From a virus: a stretch of 64,000 bases of DNA. The notes under the pieces were generated by a model, which did no database searches, was not told the DNA's origin, and saw only the letters and a list, made by a program, of their open reading frames with translations. The translations under genes were made by a program, and so were the position numbers. The stretch is from IMG/VR virus record IMGVR_UViG_3300025108_004499, one strand, 5' to 3'. Shown here one piece after another: positions 37,398-45,838 of this stretch (within the stretch, counting starts at the first letter, position 1; every line of letters starts with the position of its first letter).

Positions 37398-37817
37398 TTA
37401 ACCTGATATTGCACCAAAAGATCTCCACTCACCTGGAGTACCAGTTCTAACACAAATCCAACCTAAGTTGCCGCCTGGGGTAGGTGCATCATGCCATACA
37501 ATATCACCTTGATTGTAAAGACCAATAGTTGGGATACCGTCACCAACTTCCATCTTTTTGTTTTGAAACTTAACAGGTCCGTTAGTTTCTAATGCTACGC
37601 CATTTGATACTGCTGAAACACCAATTCCTACATTACCTTCAAATACTGTGTTTGAAGATCCTTGTACTTTAAGTGTGCCGCCGCCATCAATAATAAGTCT
37701 TGATGTTGTATCGTCTCCAGCGATTTGATTGATTGATAGAAGTGCATTACCTAAACTGTTTAGACCTTCTTTAATTGCAAGAACGTTCTCTGCACTTATG
37801 TTTACTAATGCTGTCAT
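37398..37817 (-). CDS. Fibre-tip-like protein, paralog of the upstream gene (start revised to 37817)
   Basis: C-terminal PT.G.YNQGDIVW..P..GG..GW.C...G.PG.W..FG. Confidence 0.65.
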   Translation of the reverse strand: MTALVNISAENVLAIKEGLNSLGNALLSINQIAGDDTTSRLIIDGGGTLKVQGSSNTVFEGNVGIGVSAVSNGVALETNGPVKFQNKKMEVGDGIPTIGLYNQGDIVWHDAPTPGGNLGWICVRTGTPGEWRSFGAISG

Positions 37818-38881
37818 GCTTCTATCTTCCCAAATTGTTTCCATGTACCAGGTGCACCACTTTCTACACATACCCAACCCATAAAGCCTCCTGCTTGTGG
37901 ATTAGTATCGTATACAATATCACCTTGGTTGTTGTTTCCTGTAGTAGGCATTTCGTTACCTACTGCTAATCTTTTGTCTGCAAATCTAATTGCGCCTGCT
38001 ACTTGTAAATCTACATCGTCACCTGGATACTGTACTTTAATACCTAGTGTGCCTTTTACTTCAACACCGCCTTGTTCTTTAATAACAATACGTTCTTTGT
38101 TGTCTGTAATTAGACTCATTTTACTTGTAGTATATGCACCTACTCTAATATGATCAAACTCAGGATCAACTACAAACTCTGCTTCGTTACTTGCTACACT
38201 TAATTGTGCATTAGGTGCTTCAGCACCAATAGCAAAACGCATTGTTCCACTATCGTATGTAACAAATTCGTCAACACTTAGATCGCCTGCTATACGTAGA
38301 CTGTTTAATGTTCCTACAGTTTCAAGTTCACTGTGCTTAACAGTAACACCTAACTTGTCTGCACTTAGTACAGGAATATTATCAATTTCAATTACTGCAT
38401 TTCTATGTAGGTCAATTGTATTACTAATGTAGAATCTATCTCCACGCCATACAATTTGTTTAGTTGCTTCACCGTCTTGTCTCCATTGCATACCCATCAT
38501 GTCAATGGTTCCGCCTTGAGCAGTAAAGTCAATATTTTGTGTAACTTTTTGTGTTGAACTTAGTTCTTCAACGTGTAGTTTGCCAGCAGTGAGAGTTCCC
38601 TGCACATTTAATGCTCCACTTACGTCAATGTCGCCTATTAGGCTATCAACGTCCATACTACCTACAGTAATCAAATCATCTTCTACAAGCAAACTAGTTC
38701 TAGTTGCTTTGTCATTGATACCTGTACTTCTAAGTAGTGTAATTTTACCGCCATGCACTGCATTACCGCTAATACTGTTTACAGTTGCGGGTGGCATTTC
38801 TGCGGCTTGTGTGTTTGCTATGGTCTCAACAGTCGTTGCTAGACGTGCGAGGCCTTCTCTTATATTATCTATCTGGCTCAT
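37814..38881 (-). CDS. Fibre-like virion protein (start revised to 38881)
   Basis: Beta-strand repeats, SELETVGTL, same C-terminal domain as its neighbour; TAAATA 5 nt before the ATG. Confidence 0.65.
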   Translation of the reverse strand: MSQIDNIREGLARLATTVETIANTQAAEMPPATVNSISGNAVHGGKITLLRSTGINDKATRTSLLVEDDLITVGSMDVDSLIGDIDVSGALNVQGTLTAGKLHVEELSSTQKVTQNIDFTAQGGTIDMMGMQWRQDGEATKQIVWRGDRFYISNTIDLHRNAVIEIDNIPVLSADKLGVTVKHSELETVGTLNSLRIAGDLSVDEFVTYDSGTMRFAIGAEAPNAQLSVASNEAEFVVDPEFDHIRVGAYTTSKMSLITDNKERIVIKEQGGVEVKGTLGIKVQYPGDDVDLQVAGAIRFADKRLAVGNEMPTTGNNNQGDIVYDTNPQAGGFMGWVCVESGAPGTWKQFGKIEA

Positions 38882-38892
38882 GTAAGTATTTA

Positions 38893-40200
38893 TCAACTTA
38901 CCTTCAGAAGCACTGTATCCGCATTTATCCTACCGTTAAGTTTAATGTCTACAGCATTGATATCTTCTAAGAATGTACGTAGTTTAACCTTGCCTGCCTC
39001 TTTAAACTCTTTAAGTTTTTCTTCAGGCTTACGCATTGTCTTTTGAATACTTTCTGTTTCATTAAATCCAATAATAGTAGTACCTTTTACACTAAGTCCA
39101 CTACCTTCACGTTGCATACCTTGCGGATCTATGTTCTTAGCAACATACTTACCAATCTTACGTGTCTTAACATTAAACACCCAAAGCTCATTTGCATAGA
39201 TAATTTCTATTGGATTAATACTTGCAAGACTGTTCTTATTGTCCACTTTGCAATATTTTAACTTCTCAACTAGTTTCTCAGCACTCTTAGGCTTACGTTT
39301 TCTAGTCTTACGTGTTGCTTTACTTGTATCAACTACTAGTTGGCAAGCCATTTGTATATTGCCCATTGCTTCTAATATTTTTTTAACATCATCTTTGTTA
39401 AGATGTGCATATGCTTCTTTGAGTTGTTCCAACATGTCTTGTGCATGTTCGTCCATCTTTGCAATTTTAGCCTTACTAGGATAGTTCAATAGTTCTGTGT
39501 ACTCTGATATTTCATCATCATAGAAACTAGATATTCTACGTGCATGAGCTTGTGTTACACCAAAGTTTTGAAAGTGTTGTTTAAAATTAAACCCTTTAGG
39601 GTCAAATGACTTTGGGTCTGTTATCCACCCATCTAACCATTCTTCAATTTCTTCTGATTGAATATTTACTTGCTCACGTATACGTTCTTGTATAGTAGGT
39701 TGATGTACTTTTGCTTTTTCTTCTTCTACTTCTTTCTTTTGTGTAAGTAGATATTCGCCTTGTGATATTGCTTCTACAATACGTTTCTTTAAGAATACAC
39801 TAGCAGGAGCAACATCGCCCATTGTTCCAGCAAGTGTTTGCCAGTAGTCGTCATGCTTCTTATTGTAGTCAGGCATTCCTGCCATTAATAGTTTAGCAGT
39901 AATGCTACCTGTAATGCTTAATGCATGTGTTGGTGCGGCCCTAACTGCTTTAATTTGTTCTTTTGTATAACCTTCTTTAGTCATCCAACCTGAAACTGCT
40001 GGATATAAGTCTGCAGGTTTATAATTCTCGTAATACCATGCTCGTGCATGTTGACTGGCTTTGTGAAACTGCTCTCCAGTCCATTCTTCCCAACCGTCCC
40101 AACTAGGTTCAGTAAGTTTATTGCCTCGTTTAATACGTGGTGCACCACGGGGAGCCTTCTTTTTAACAGCTCTACCTGTGATCTTATTTACTCTAGCCAT
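38893..40200 (-). CDS. Hypothetical phage protein, early-promoter driven
   Basis: 435-aa ORF with GAGGAG SD. Confidence 0.7.
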   Translation of the reverse strand: MARVNKITGRAVKKKAPRGAPRIKRGNKLTEPSWDGWEEWTGEQFHKASQHARAWYYENYKPADLYPAVSGWMTKEGYTKEQIKAVRAAPTHALSITGSITAKLLMAGMPDYNKKHDDYWQTLAGTMGDVAPASVFLKKRIVEAISQGEYLLTQKKEVEEEKAKVHQPTIQERIREQVNIQSEEIEEWLDGWITDPKSFDPKGFNFKQHFQNFGVTQAHARRISSFYDDEISEYTELLNYPSKAKIAKMDEHAQDMLEQLKEAYAHLNKDDVKKILEAMGNIQMACQLVVDTSKATRKTRKRKPKSAEKLVEKLKYCKVDNKNSLASINPIEIIYANELWVFNVKTRKIGKYVAKNIDPQGMQREGSGLSVKGTTIIGFNETESIQKTMRKPEEKLKEFKEAGKVKLRTFLEDINAVDIKLNGRINADTVLLKVS

Positions 40201-40226
40201 GTGCCACTCCTCTAATGTGTATAAAC

Positions 40227-40255
40227 AGTATATAGCCGACTTAACAAAAAGTCAA
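40227..40255 (-). promoter_or_regulatory. Sigma70-type promoter
   Basis: TTGACT-17-TATACT. Confidence 0.75.
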
Positions 40256-40258
40256 GCA

Positions 40259-40960
40259 TTATTGGAAATATTTTTTTTGATGAAATGCTCGTTTGTACAT
40301 ATTATGTAAGAACAAGTTCATTTTACTTCTAGTAGTTGGAGCCTCATATTTGAGTGTATGCTTCCAATTTTCTCTTTTAAAAGGTATTACTTGTACCAAC
40401 GGTTCGCCTGGCTTAATTAGTTTTACAGGATCAGTTAGGTAACAAGGAAAATTAAGATTGTTTAAATCAAATTCATCAGTATCAATAATTGCAGGCATTA
40501 TTACAAACTCTTGATCAAAATGCCAAAACGGTTGTACAAACAAACAACTATAACCTGGAGGAGTTTTGATCTTCCAAGGCACAGATACTTTAATAAAAGA
40601 TTTCTTTTTGCCTTGTATGTGTACAGGACATTGTTGGTTTGAATGAAATGCACTTGGAGAAGTAAACTTGTTTTGTACTTCCATAAACTCACCAATGCGT
40701 TCAACAGGATATACTCTTTCAAGTTCTTCTTCGCCTGTATCATGATTAGTTTGTGCTATAATTTCTTGTTCATATACATTAGGTATAATGTAACCTGCAG
40801 TTACCATATCTCTCACAGGCCAACAGCCTGCAATGGTTGGAACACCATTGTCGTCATTTGCTTTAAGACTGCTATACCAATCAGGCAAGCAATCTTTAGC
40901 AGGTACGATAGGAAAATTTGTTAAGACACTTTTGTCACCACAAATAAATTCGATATCCAT
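40259..40960 (-). CDS. DUF6065-like (dUTPase-like fold) protein
   Basis: C.PVRD..TAGY.I, PWKIKTPPGYSCLF, IIDTD, GEPLVQVIPF. Confidence 0.55.
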   Translation of the reverse strand: MDIEFICGDKSVLTNFPIVPAKDCLPDWYSSLKANDDNGVPTIAGCWPVRDMVTAGYIIPNVYEQEIIAQTNHDTGEEELERVYPVERIGEFMEVQNKFTSPSAFHSNQQCPVHIQGKKKSFIKVSVPWKIKTPPGYSCLFVQPFWHFDQEFVIMPAIIDTDEFDLNNLNFPCYLTDPVKLIKPGEPLVQVIPFKRENWKHTLKYEAPTTRSKMNLFLHNMYKRAFHQKKYFQ

Positions 40961-41157
40961 TAAGTACTTTCGTTCATGTTAATACAAATTGCTTGATGTC
41001 CTGCTTCAAAGTAACCATTACCTTTGCCATGTTCTACACTAAGAACATCTCTTGCTTGAAAGCATTCAGTCATTGTTGAATGAACACTAACAAGTTCTGC
41101 AAAAGGTGTTACTTCAAAAAAGTATACAAATACTAGAGTCCACATATTATTCTCCAC
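40960..41157 (-). CDS. Hypothetical protein
   Basis: Short ORF tiling the operon. Confidence 0.55.
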   Translation of the reverse strand: MENNMWTLVFVYFFEVTPFAELVSVHSTMTECFQARDVLSVEHGKGNGYFEAGHQAICINMNEST

Positions 41158-41380
41158 CTCCAGAAACTACGTATGTTCCTACTGTGCGATTATATGCTTC
41201 TATAAGCATTTCCCACATTTCGTTACTTAATAATAACATTTCGTCAACATCGATAGTTTCGTTGTACTGCACAAGATACACACCCTCTTCATCAAAGTGT
41301 GCTTTTACATCTTCAAACTTTCCTGTTGTATCCATTACAGTTACAACAGATTCGTCAAAGTTTTCTTCTACAGTAAACAT
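41147..41380 (-). CDS. Acidic hypothetical protein
   Basis: Short ORF tiling the operon. Confidence 0.6.
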   Translation of the reverse strand: MFTVEENFDESVVTVMDTTGKFEDVKAHFDEEGVYLVQYNETIDVDEMLLLSNEMWEMLIEAYNRTVGTYVVSGGGE

Positions 41381-41381
41381 T

Positions 41382-41597
41382 TTATAATCCTAGTATACCA
41401 AATAGGTTGAACCAACCCATTGATGTTCCAATAATTATAGGTACACCTAACATCATAAAAGCAATGATGAAGAACGCTATGCCTACACCTTTGTTGTGAT
41501 ATGGTTCGTTTGGATTACTCATGTTCGCCACCATAACCACGTGAGTTAATTCCGTTGTCTCTACGGAACGCACTTGGATTACGTTTTGCGGTTTCAA
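41382..41597 (-). CDS. Small membrane protein (true start probably MSNPNEP near 41521)
   Basis: C-terminal TM helix. Confidence 0.5.
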   Translation of the reverse strand: MKPQNVIQVRSVETTELTHVVMVANMSNPNEPYHNKGVGIAFFIIAFMMLGVPIIIGTSMGWFNLFGILGL

Positions 41598-41955
41598 ATG
41601 TTGCTACTGTTACTGCAATCGCTCCTAGCAATAGTGCGTGTATAATCATACTAATTACACCTGCCCACATACTACTTACAATAATTGCAAATACAATACA
41701 CCACATCCATGCAAGTACTTGCATGATCATATGCCGTGTGCTAAAGTCTGGAATGTTACTCAACGGATTCATATTATGATCCATTACTACATTCCAACAA
41801 TTATAAATCCATTCTCTCATTGATATAACCTTTCTAAATGTTACCTTTACTGGATAATGTGCGTCGGCGACATCGCGCCAATCTATTGCGTCATACAGAT
41901 CATGAAATGTCTGTGTAACTTTGTGATTCTTAAAATATGCTGTGACCTTATACAT
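41515..41955 (-). CDS. Membrane protein
   Basis: Two TM helices in the C-terminal half. Confidence 0.6.
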   Translation of the reverse strand: MYKVTAYFKNHKVTQTFHDLYDAIDWRDVADAHYPVKVTFRKVISMREWIYNCWNVVMDHNMNPLSNIPDFSTRHMIMQVLAWMWCIVFAIIVSSMWAGVISMIIHALLLGAIAVTVATFETAKRNPSAFRRDNGINSRGYGGEHE

Positions 41956-43277
41956 TAGATCTTCTCACCAGCTTGAAATCCACGAAACGTTTTGAATCGT
42001 GGAAATCTCAAACTGTAAGTGTCACTGTCTTGTGATTGTGTTCGAGCATCTGCTCTAATTTCAATTAACTGACCAATGAGACTAGAACGTTCAGTCCAGT
42101 ACTCATCACGTTGAGCGTCAGTGAAACCGCTCCCACAGTTAAGGCGATAATTGTATCCATCGTCTTCTCCTTCTACTATTACGGCACCTAGTCTTCCTTC
42201 GTTACGTCCTGTGCCTTCCTCAACGTCAACGACGGTTAGTGTAATTTCAATAAAAGGTTTTGCTTTGAGCCAAGCATGTGTACGTTTACATTCGTAGGGT
42301 GCATCAATGTCTTTTATCATAACCCCTTCATAGCCACCGTCTACAGCCGTCTTATTAAGCTCTACAAAGCGTCTATTGCCTTCATCAGTACTCAAGTCTA
42401 CCTCTTCCCATTCACACGCTGTAACGTGCTCTAAGAGGTCTTGATTCTCCAGTACCCAATACTTGACTAAGTTACTACGATATGTTTGTGGTTTATCCCA
42501 ACCACCTTCTAAAAAGTCTTTCAATGGAATAAAGTCAAACAAGTGTAGTACACTATCAGTTGCGGCTTTACCATCTTTTCTATGTACTTGCTTCATAAGG
42601 TCTTGGAAGTCTTTGCTCATTACTTCGCCGTCAAGTACACAATCATATGGACTAGGCTTTGCGGCAAGTACTGCTTCAATCTCTGCGATGATGTGCGGAA
42701 AGTTATGAAACTGTTTTCCATTACGTGAGAACAATTCTACCTTACCACCTTTGCATACTGCTAGTACACGAACACCGTCTAGTTTAACTTCAATTTGTTT
42801 TTTGCCTACCATCTTCTTTTCATGGTTAGCTGAGTCGTGTGCAAGTGAACAAGTAAATGTAGGAATTGCATACTGTGGAAACTTTTTAGCAATCTTGTTT
42901 ACAGTCTTTTCACTACAACCACAACGTAGGTCTTTGATTAAGATACGTCTATAAAATCCATTCCACTGTTCAGTAGTAGCAACACCCATTGCTAATATGA
43001 TAGCATCACGTGCCGCATGACCTGTAAGTTCTCTATTAATAAGTTGGTTAGCAAGGACTTTAAATGTATCCCAATCTAATCCTTGTCCTGTAAGCACATC
43101 TGTACGTTCAGGTACTTGCTTCACACCAAATGTAACAAGTGGATCAAGAGCCATACGTACACCTTCAAAGAACTCATCTAGTCCTTCTTCCATTGCTTCT
43201 AGTATTACTTGTTCCTTAGCAAGACGTGAATTATCTGCTTCTAACTTTTCTATAATAGCCTGTGGTTGCGTTCTCAT
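41955..43277 (-). CDS. lig: ATP-dependent DNA ligase
   Basis: KLDGVR, LDGEV, FD, EGVMIK, WLKAKP, GSGF, LRFPRF. Confidence 0.95.
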   Translation of the reverse strand: MRTQPQAIIEKLEADNSRLAKEQVILEAMEEGLDEFFEGVRMALDPLVTFGVKQVPERTDVLTGQGLDWDTFKVLANQLINRELTGHAARDAIILAMGVATTEQWNGFYRRILIKDLRCGCSEKTVNKIAKKFPQYAIPTFTCSLAHDSANHEKKMVGKKQIEVKLDGVRVLAVCKGGKVELFSRNGKQFHNFPHIIAEIEAVLAAKPSPYDCVLDGEVMSKDFQDLMKQVHRKDGKAATDSVLHLFDFIPLKDFLEGGWDKPQTYRSNLVKYWVLENQDLLEHVTACEWEEVDLSTDEGNRRFVELNKTAVDGGYEGVMIKDIDAPYECKRTHAWLKAKPFIEITLTVVDVEEGTGRNEGRLGAVIVEGEDDGYNYRLNCGSGFTDAQRDEYWTERSSLIGQLIEIRADARTQSQDSDTYSLRFPRFKTFRGFQAGEKI

Positions 43278-43305
43278 GTGTGCCTCATTAATTAATTATG
43301 TTACT

Positions 43306-43334
43306 ATAATAGCATCAGTATATACAAATGTCAA
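43306..43334 (-). promoter_or_regulatory. Sigma70-type promoter for the ligase
   Basis: TTGACA-17-TATTAT with extended -10 TG. Confidence 0.7.
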
Positions 43335-43354
43335 CCTCTTTTGGACAATAAAAT

Positions 43355-43428
43355 TGGCATAGGTGGAGGGAATCGAACCCCCATTAACTGGTTTGGAATC
43401 AGTTGTGTTACCATTACACCACACCCAT
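43355..43428 (-). tRNA. trnW: tRNA-Trp(CCA)
   Basis: Acceptor stem ATGGGTG/CACCTAT, anticodon loop TTCCAAA, T-loop TTCGATT, encoded CCA. Confidence 0.9.
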
Positions 43429-43465
43429 AAAAAAAGCCCCTAATAAAATTAATTACTAGGGGCTT
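43429..43465 (-). terminator. Intrinsic terminator (attenuator) abutting the tRNA-Trp 5' end
   Basis: AAGCCCCTAGTAA-loop-TTATTAGGGGC followed by T7. Confidence 0.85.
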
Positions 43466-43494
43466 ACTGAAATAACTTTTTTTACAAAGTCATG

Positions 43495-43554
43495 TCAAGA
43501 CATACCCCCGGATGGTGGCCAACAAGTAATATATGTTGTATTAGTCTGTGACAT
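43495..43554 (-). CDS. 19-aa Trp-containing leader peptide MSQTNTTYITCWPPSGGMS
   Basis: AAGGA SD 8 nt upstream; lies between a perfect promoter and the terminator in front of tRNA-Trp. Confidence 0.7.
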   Translation of the reverse strand: MSQTNTTYITCWPPSGGMS

Positions 43555-43585
43555 GTTAGTATTCCTTATTTCTTATTATGTATTT

Positions 43586-43614
43586 AATATACACTCTTTA
43601 TTTTAGTTTGTCAA
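43586..43614 (-). promoter_or_regulatory. Sigma70-type promoter of the leader/tRNA-Trp unit, overlapping a TAAATA
   Basis: TTGACA-17-TATATT. Confidence 0.8.
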
Positions 43615-43771
43615 CATCTTTTTTGTCTGCTCTACCTTTTTTTCCGCAGTGTGGACAATGAAATGTTGTTCGTTCAATGCAATACTTGTCTTCCATAGTA
43701 GCGAATGTAAACCAGCCCTTACATTGAGTGCAGGTTAAATGCCATATGATTTCTTTTACCGCATTGAACAT
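43598..43771 (-). CDS. 57-aa zinc-ribbon protein (not in ORF track)
   Basis: MFNAVKEIIWHLTCTQCKGWF...FHCPHCGKKG. Confidence 0.7.
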   Translation of the reverse strand: MFNAVKEIIWHLTCTQCKGWFTFATMEDKYCIERTTFHCPHCGKKGRADKKDVDKLK

Positions 43772-43798
43772 TGTAAAAGTATTTAGCTTACCTATCTT

Positions 43799-43951
43799 TT
43801 AGATTTTTTGTAATCTTGGATCTGAACTTAGTATGTTCTTTTCAGCTCTTGGTCTAGACAAACGATTCTCAGCCATTTTGCGTATTATTGCTTTATGTGC
43901 TAGTTCTGTTTTTCTTTTCTTACGAGCTAGTTCGAAGTCTTTGTGATTCAT
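43799..43951 (-). CDS. 50-aa basic protein downstream of the glutamine riboswitch (not in ORF track)
   Basis: MNHKDFELARKKRKTELAHKAIIRKMAENRLSRPRAEKNILSSDPRLQKI; GGGAG SD. Confidence 0.75.
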   Translation of the reverse strand: MNHKDFELARKKRKTELAHKAIIRKMAENRLSRPRAEKNILSSDPRLQKI

Positions 43952-43975
43952 AACACTCTCCCTTTTACAGTTAAG

Positions 43976-44021
43976 TGCGTTCCTTCGCTTAGTGCTACTT
44001 CCGGGCTTATTGCCTGAACGT
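43976..44021 (-). ncRNA. glnA-motif (glutamine-I) riboswitch aptamer
   Basis: CGTTC-AGGC-AATAA-GCCC-GGAAGTA-GC-ACTAA-GC-GAAG-GAACGC has P1, P2, P3 and the conserved GGAAGUA/GAAG junction. Confidence 0.8.
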
Positions 44022-44025
44022 AATA

Positions 44026-44403
44026 TTATTTAGCTCTAGATTGGTAGTCTTTTATTGCTGATTTGATTGCATCTTCGGCAAGTACACTGCAATGTATCTT
44101 AACTGGCGGTAGTGCAAGTTCTTCTACAATGTCCATATTCTTAACTGCTGATGCTTCGTCTAGTGTCATTCCTTTTACCATTTCAGTTACTAAACTTGAA
44201 CTTGCTATTGCACTACCGCAACCGTAAGTTTTGAATTTAGCATCTACAATAACGTTATCTTCTACTTCTATCTGTAGACGCATAACATCACCGCAGGCAG
44301 GTGCTCCTACCATTCCTGTTCCGATGTTATCTTTACTAGGATCAAACTTTCCAACGTTGCGGGGGTTTTCGTAATGGTCCATTACTTTTTCTGAGTAGGC
44401 CAT
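44026..44403 (-). CDS. iscU: Fe-S scaffold IscU
   Basis: YSEKVMDHYENPRNVG, PACGD, GCGSAIAS, LPPVKIHCS. Confidence 0.95.
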   Translation of the reverse strand: MAYSEKVMDHYENPRNVGKFDPSKDNIGTGMVGAPACGDVMRLQIEVEDNVIVDAKFKTYGCGSAIASSSLVTEMVKGMTLDEASAVKNMDIVEELALPPVKIHCSVLAEDAIKSAIKDYQSRAK

Positions 44404-44448
44404 ATAATAGTCTCTGTAGTTATACTACATTTATTTATGACCATTAGT

Positions 44449-44523
44449 TGGTAGTCCCAAGGGGAATCGAACCCCTCTTTTCAGGATGAAAACCTGATGT
44501 CCTAACCGATAGACGATGGGACC
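44449..44523 (-). tRNA. trnE: tRNA-Glu(TTC)
   Basis: GGTCCCA/TGGGACT, anticodon arm TCAGG-TTTTCAT-CCTGA, CCA end. Confidence 0.92.
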
Positions 44524-44533
44524 ATATCTTACT

Positions 44534-44608
44534 TGGCTGGAACGATAGGACTCGAACCTATAATCACTTGTACCAAAAACAAGGGCATTACCATTATGCT
44601 ACGTTCCA
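44534..44608 (-). tRNA. trnQ: tRNA-Gln(TTG)
   Basis: TGGAACG/CGTTCCA, CTTGT-TTTTGGT-ACAAG, CCA end. Confidence 0.9.
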
Positions 44609-44621
44609 TTACCAGTTAAAC

Positions 44622-44697
44622 TGGTGCCGGCACACGGACTCGAACCGCGGACCTACTGATTACAAATCAGTTGCTCTACCAACTGAGCTATGCCGGC
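44622..44697 (-). tRNA. trnT: tRNA-Thr(TGT)
   Basis: GCCGGCA/TGCCGGC, ACTGA-TTTGTAA-TCAGT, CCA end. Confidence 0.95.
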
Positions 44698-44699
44698 AT

Positions 44700-44789
44700 T
44701 GGCGGAAGATGTAGGATTCGAACCCACGGTAGAGTCACCCCTACGACGGTTTAGTAAACCGCTCCTTTAAACCACTCAGGCAATCTTCC
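44700..44789 (-). tRNA. trnS: tRNA-Ser(ACT), class II
   Basis: GGAAGAT/ATCTTCC, GCGGT-TTACTAA-ACCGT, long variable arm GTAGGG-GTGA-CTCTAC, G73, CCA. Confidence 0.9.
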
Positions 44790-44799
44790 AGTTTGTTAT

Positions 44800-45210
44800 T
44801 TATTTTGTAAACTTTAGTCTTTGTTGTTTACCGTTATACATAAAAGTTACAACCGAATGACTATAAACTTCACGCTGTGATTCTTCATATCTAGTTTCAA
44901 TTTGACACTCTCGACGTGTACCACTTGGTTTCTTTTGTGCTTTATCTGCACCAATAACTCCTCCAAGTATTGCACCTGCCGCGGCACCTTTATCATTACC
45001 ACCTAGTACTTTACCTAGTACACCGCCAATAATCATTCCGCCCAAGGCACCTTCTCCTGCATTAGATCCTTGAACAGTTACATCTTTACACACTTCAACT
45101 CTGTAAGGTGTTTGCTCAATAACTATTTTATATTGATCTGTTACAGTTTCAGCTATTGCTGATGTAGACATCAAAGTAAAAATTCCTGCTGTAATAAATT
45201 TATTCATCAT
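44800..45210 (-). CDS. Glycine-zipper 2TM protein
   Basis: Signal peptide; GALGGMIIGGVLG..GAAAGAILGGVIG. Confidence 0.8.
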   Translation of the reverse strand: MMNKFITAGIFTLMSTSAIAETVTDQYKIVIEQTPYRVEVCKDVTVQGSNAGEGALGGMIIGGVLGKVLGGNDKGAAAGAILGGVIGADKAQKKPSGTRRECQIETRYEESQREVYSHSVVTFMYNGKQQRLKFTK

Positions 45211-45373
45211 TGTCTCCTTTTAATTGTTTAATTCTATCTTTCATCCAACCAATTGCGGTATGTATATGTCCTGTGTCATGTTCTTGTAACTGACTCTGTG
45301 CATATTTAACTTCATCTTCTAAGTACTTGACTCGGATAAGGTTTCCGCTAAAGTCTTTTAATTTTCCTTCCAA
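45200..45373 (-). CDS. 57-aa hypothetical protein (TTG start, not in ORF track)
   Basis: EGKLKDFSGNLIRVKYLEDEVKYAQSQLQEHDTGHIHTAIGWMKDRIKQL fills the gap; AGGTGAG SD. Confidence 0.5.
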   Translation of the reverse strand: MEGKLKDFSGNLIRVKYLEDEVKYAQSQLQEHDTGHIHTAIGWMKDRIKQLKGDNDE

Positions 45374-45720
45374 AACTCACCTAACCTTACTTTGTAATCT
45401 TCTTTAGCAATAACTTCAATGTTAGTTACTCGGTCGTATCTAAAACTACGAAAGCCTTTTGATTCAACTGCCCACACTGCACAGACTTTGTCCGATATCT
45501 CTCGAACTTTCTTTTGGGTGATTGCATCATCTTTTTTAGCTGGAGGAAGAAAGTCTGCAATAAGTGTACAAGGCATTTTGCGTTCATCACCATTTAATTT
45601 TTTAAATGTAACTACTGCTACTTCTTTCTTTAACAACTCCATAAGTGCATCTCTTGTTGGGATGCCTTTTAAACTTGCTACTGTTTCTTCTACAGTTGTA
45701 TCTACCATATTATTCTCCAC
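45358..45720 (-). CDS. WYL/Sm-like SH3-fold protein
   Basis: VTFKKLNGDERKMPCTL..VWAVESKGFRSFR. Confidence 0.7.
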   Translation of the reverse strand: MENNMVDTTVEETVASLKGIPTRDALMELLKKEVAVVTFKKLNGDERKMPCTLIADFLPPAKKDDAITQKKVREISDKVCAVWAVESKGFRSFRYDRVTNIEVIAKEDYKVRLGEFWKEN

Positions 45721-45838
45721 TTTTTATTATTGCTGTGTACTGTAAAATTGACACTGAGAACAGTTAGTATAAATTACTGTTAGGACAGTTGCTAACATAA
45801 ACAGTACAATGAAAATTTGTTTACCCATGCTCATGGAA

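Noticed and set aside
43429-43580. T-box riboswitch as the explanation for the terminator before tRNA-Trp
   Set aside because: The leader is only ~150 nt, with no recognisable Stem I and no T-box UGGNACC bulge near the terminator; an SD-led Trp-containing ORF explains it better
45727-45834. 35-aa hydrophobic ORF MSMGKQIFIVLFMLATVLTVIYTNCSQCQFYSTQQ on the minus strand
   Set aside because: Plausible gap-filler with an SD, but too short to support without homologs
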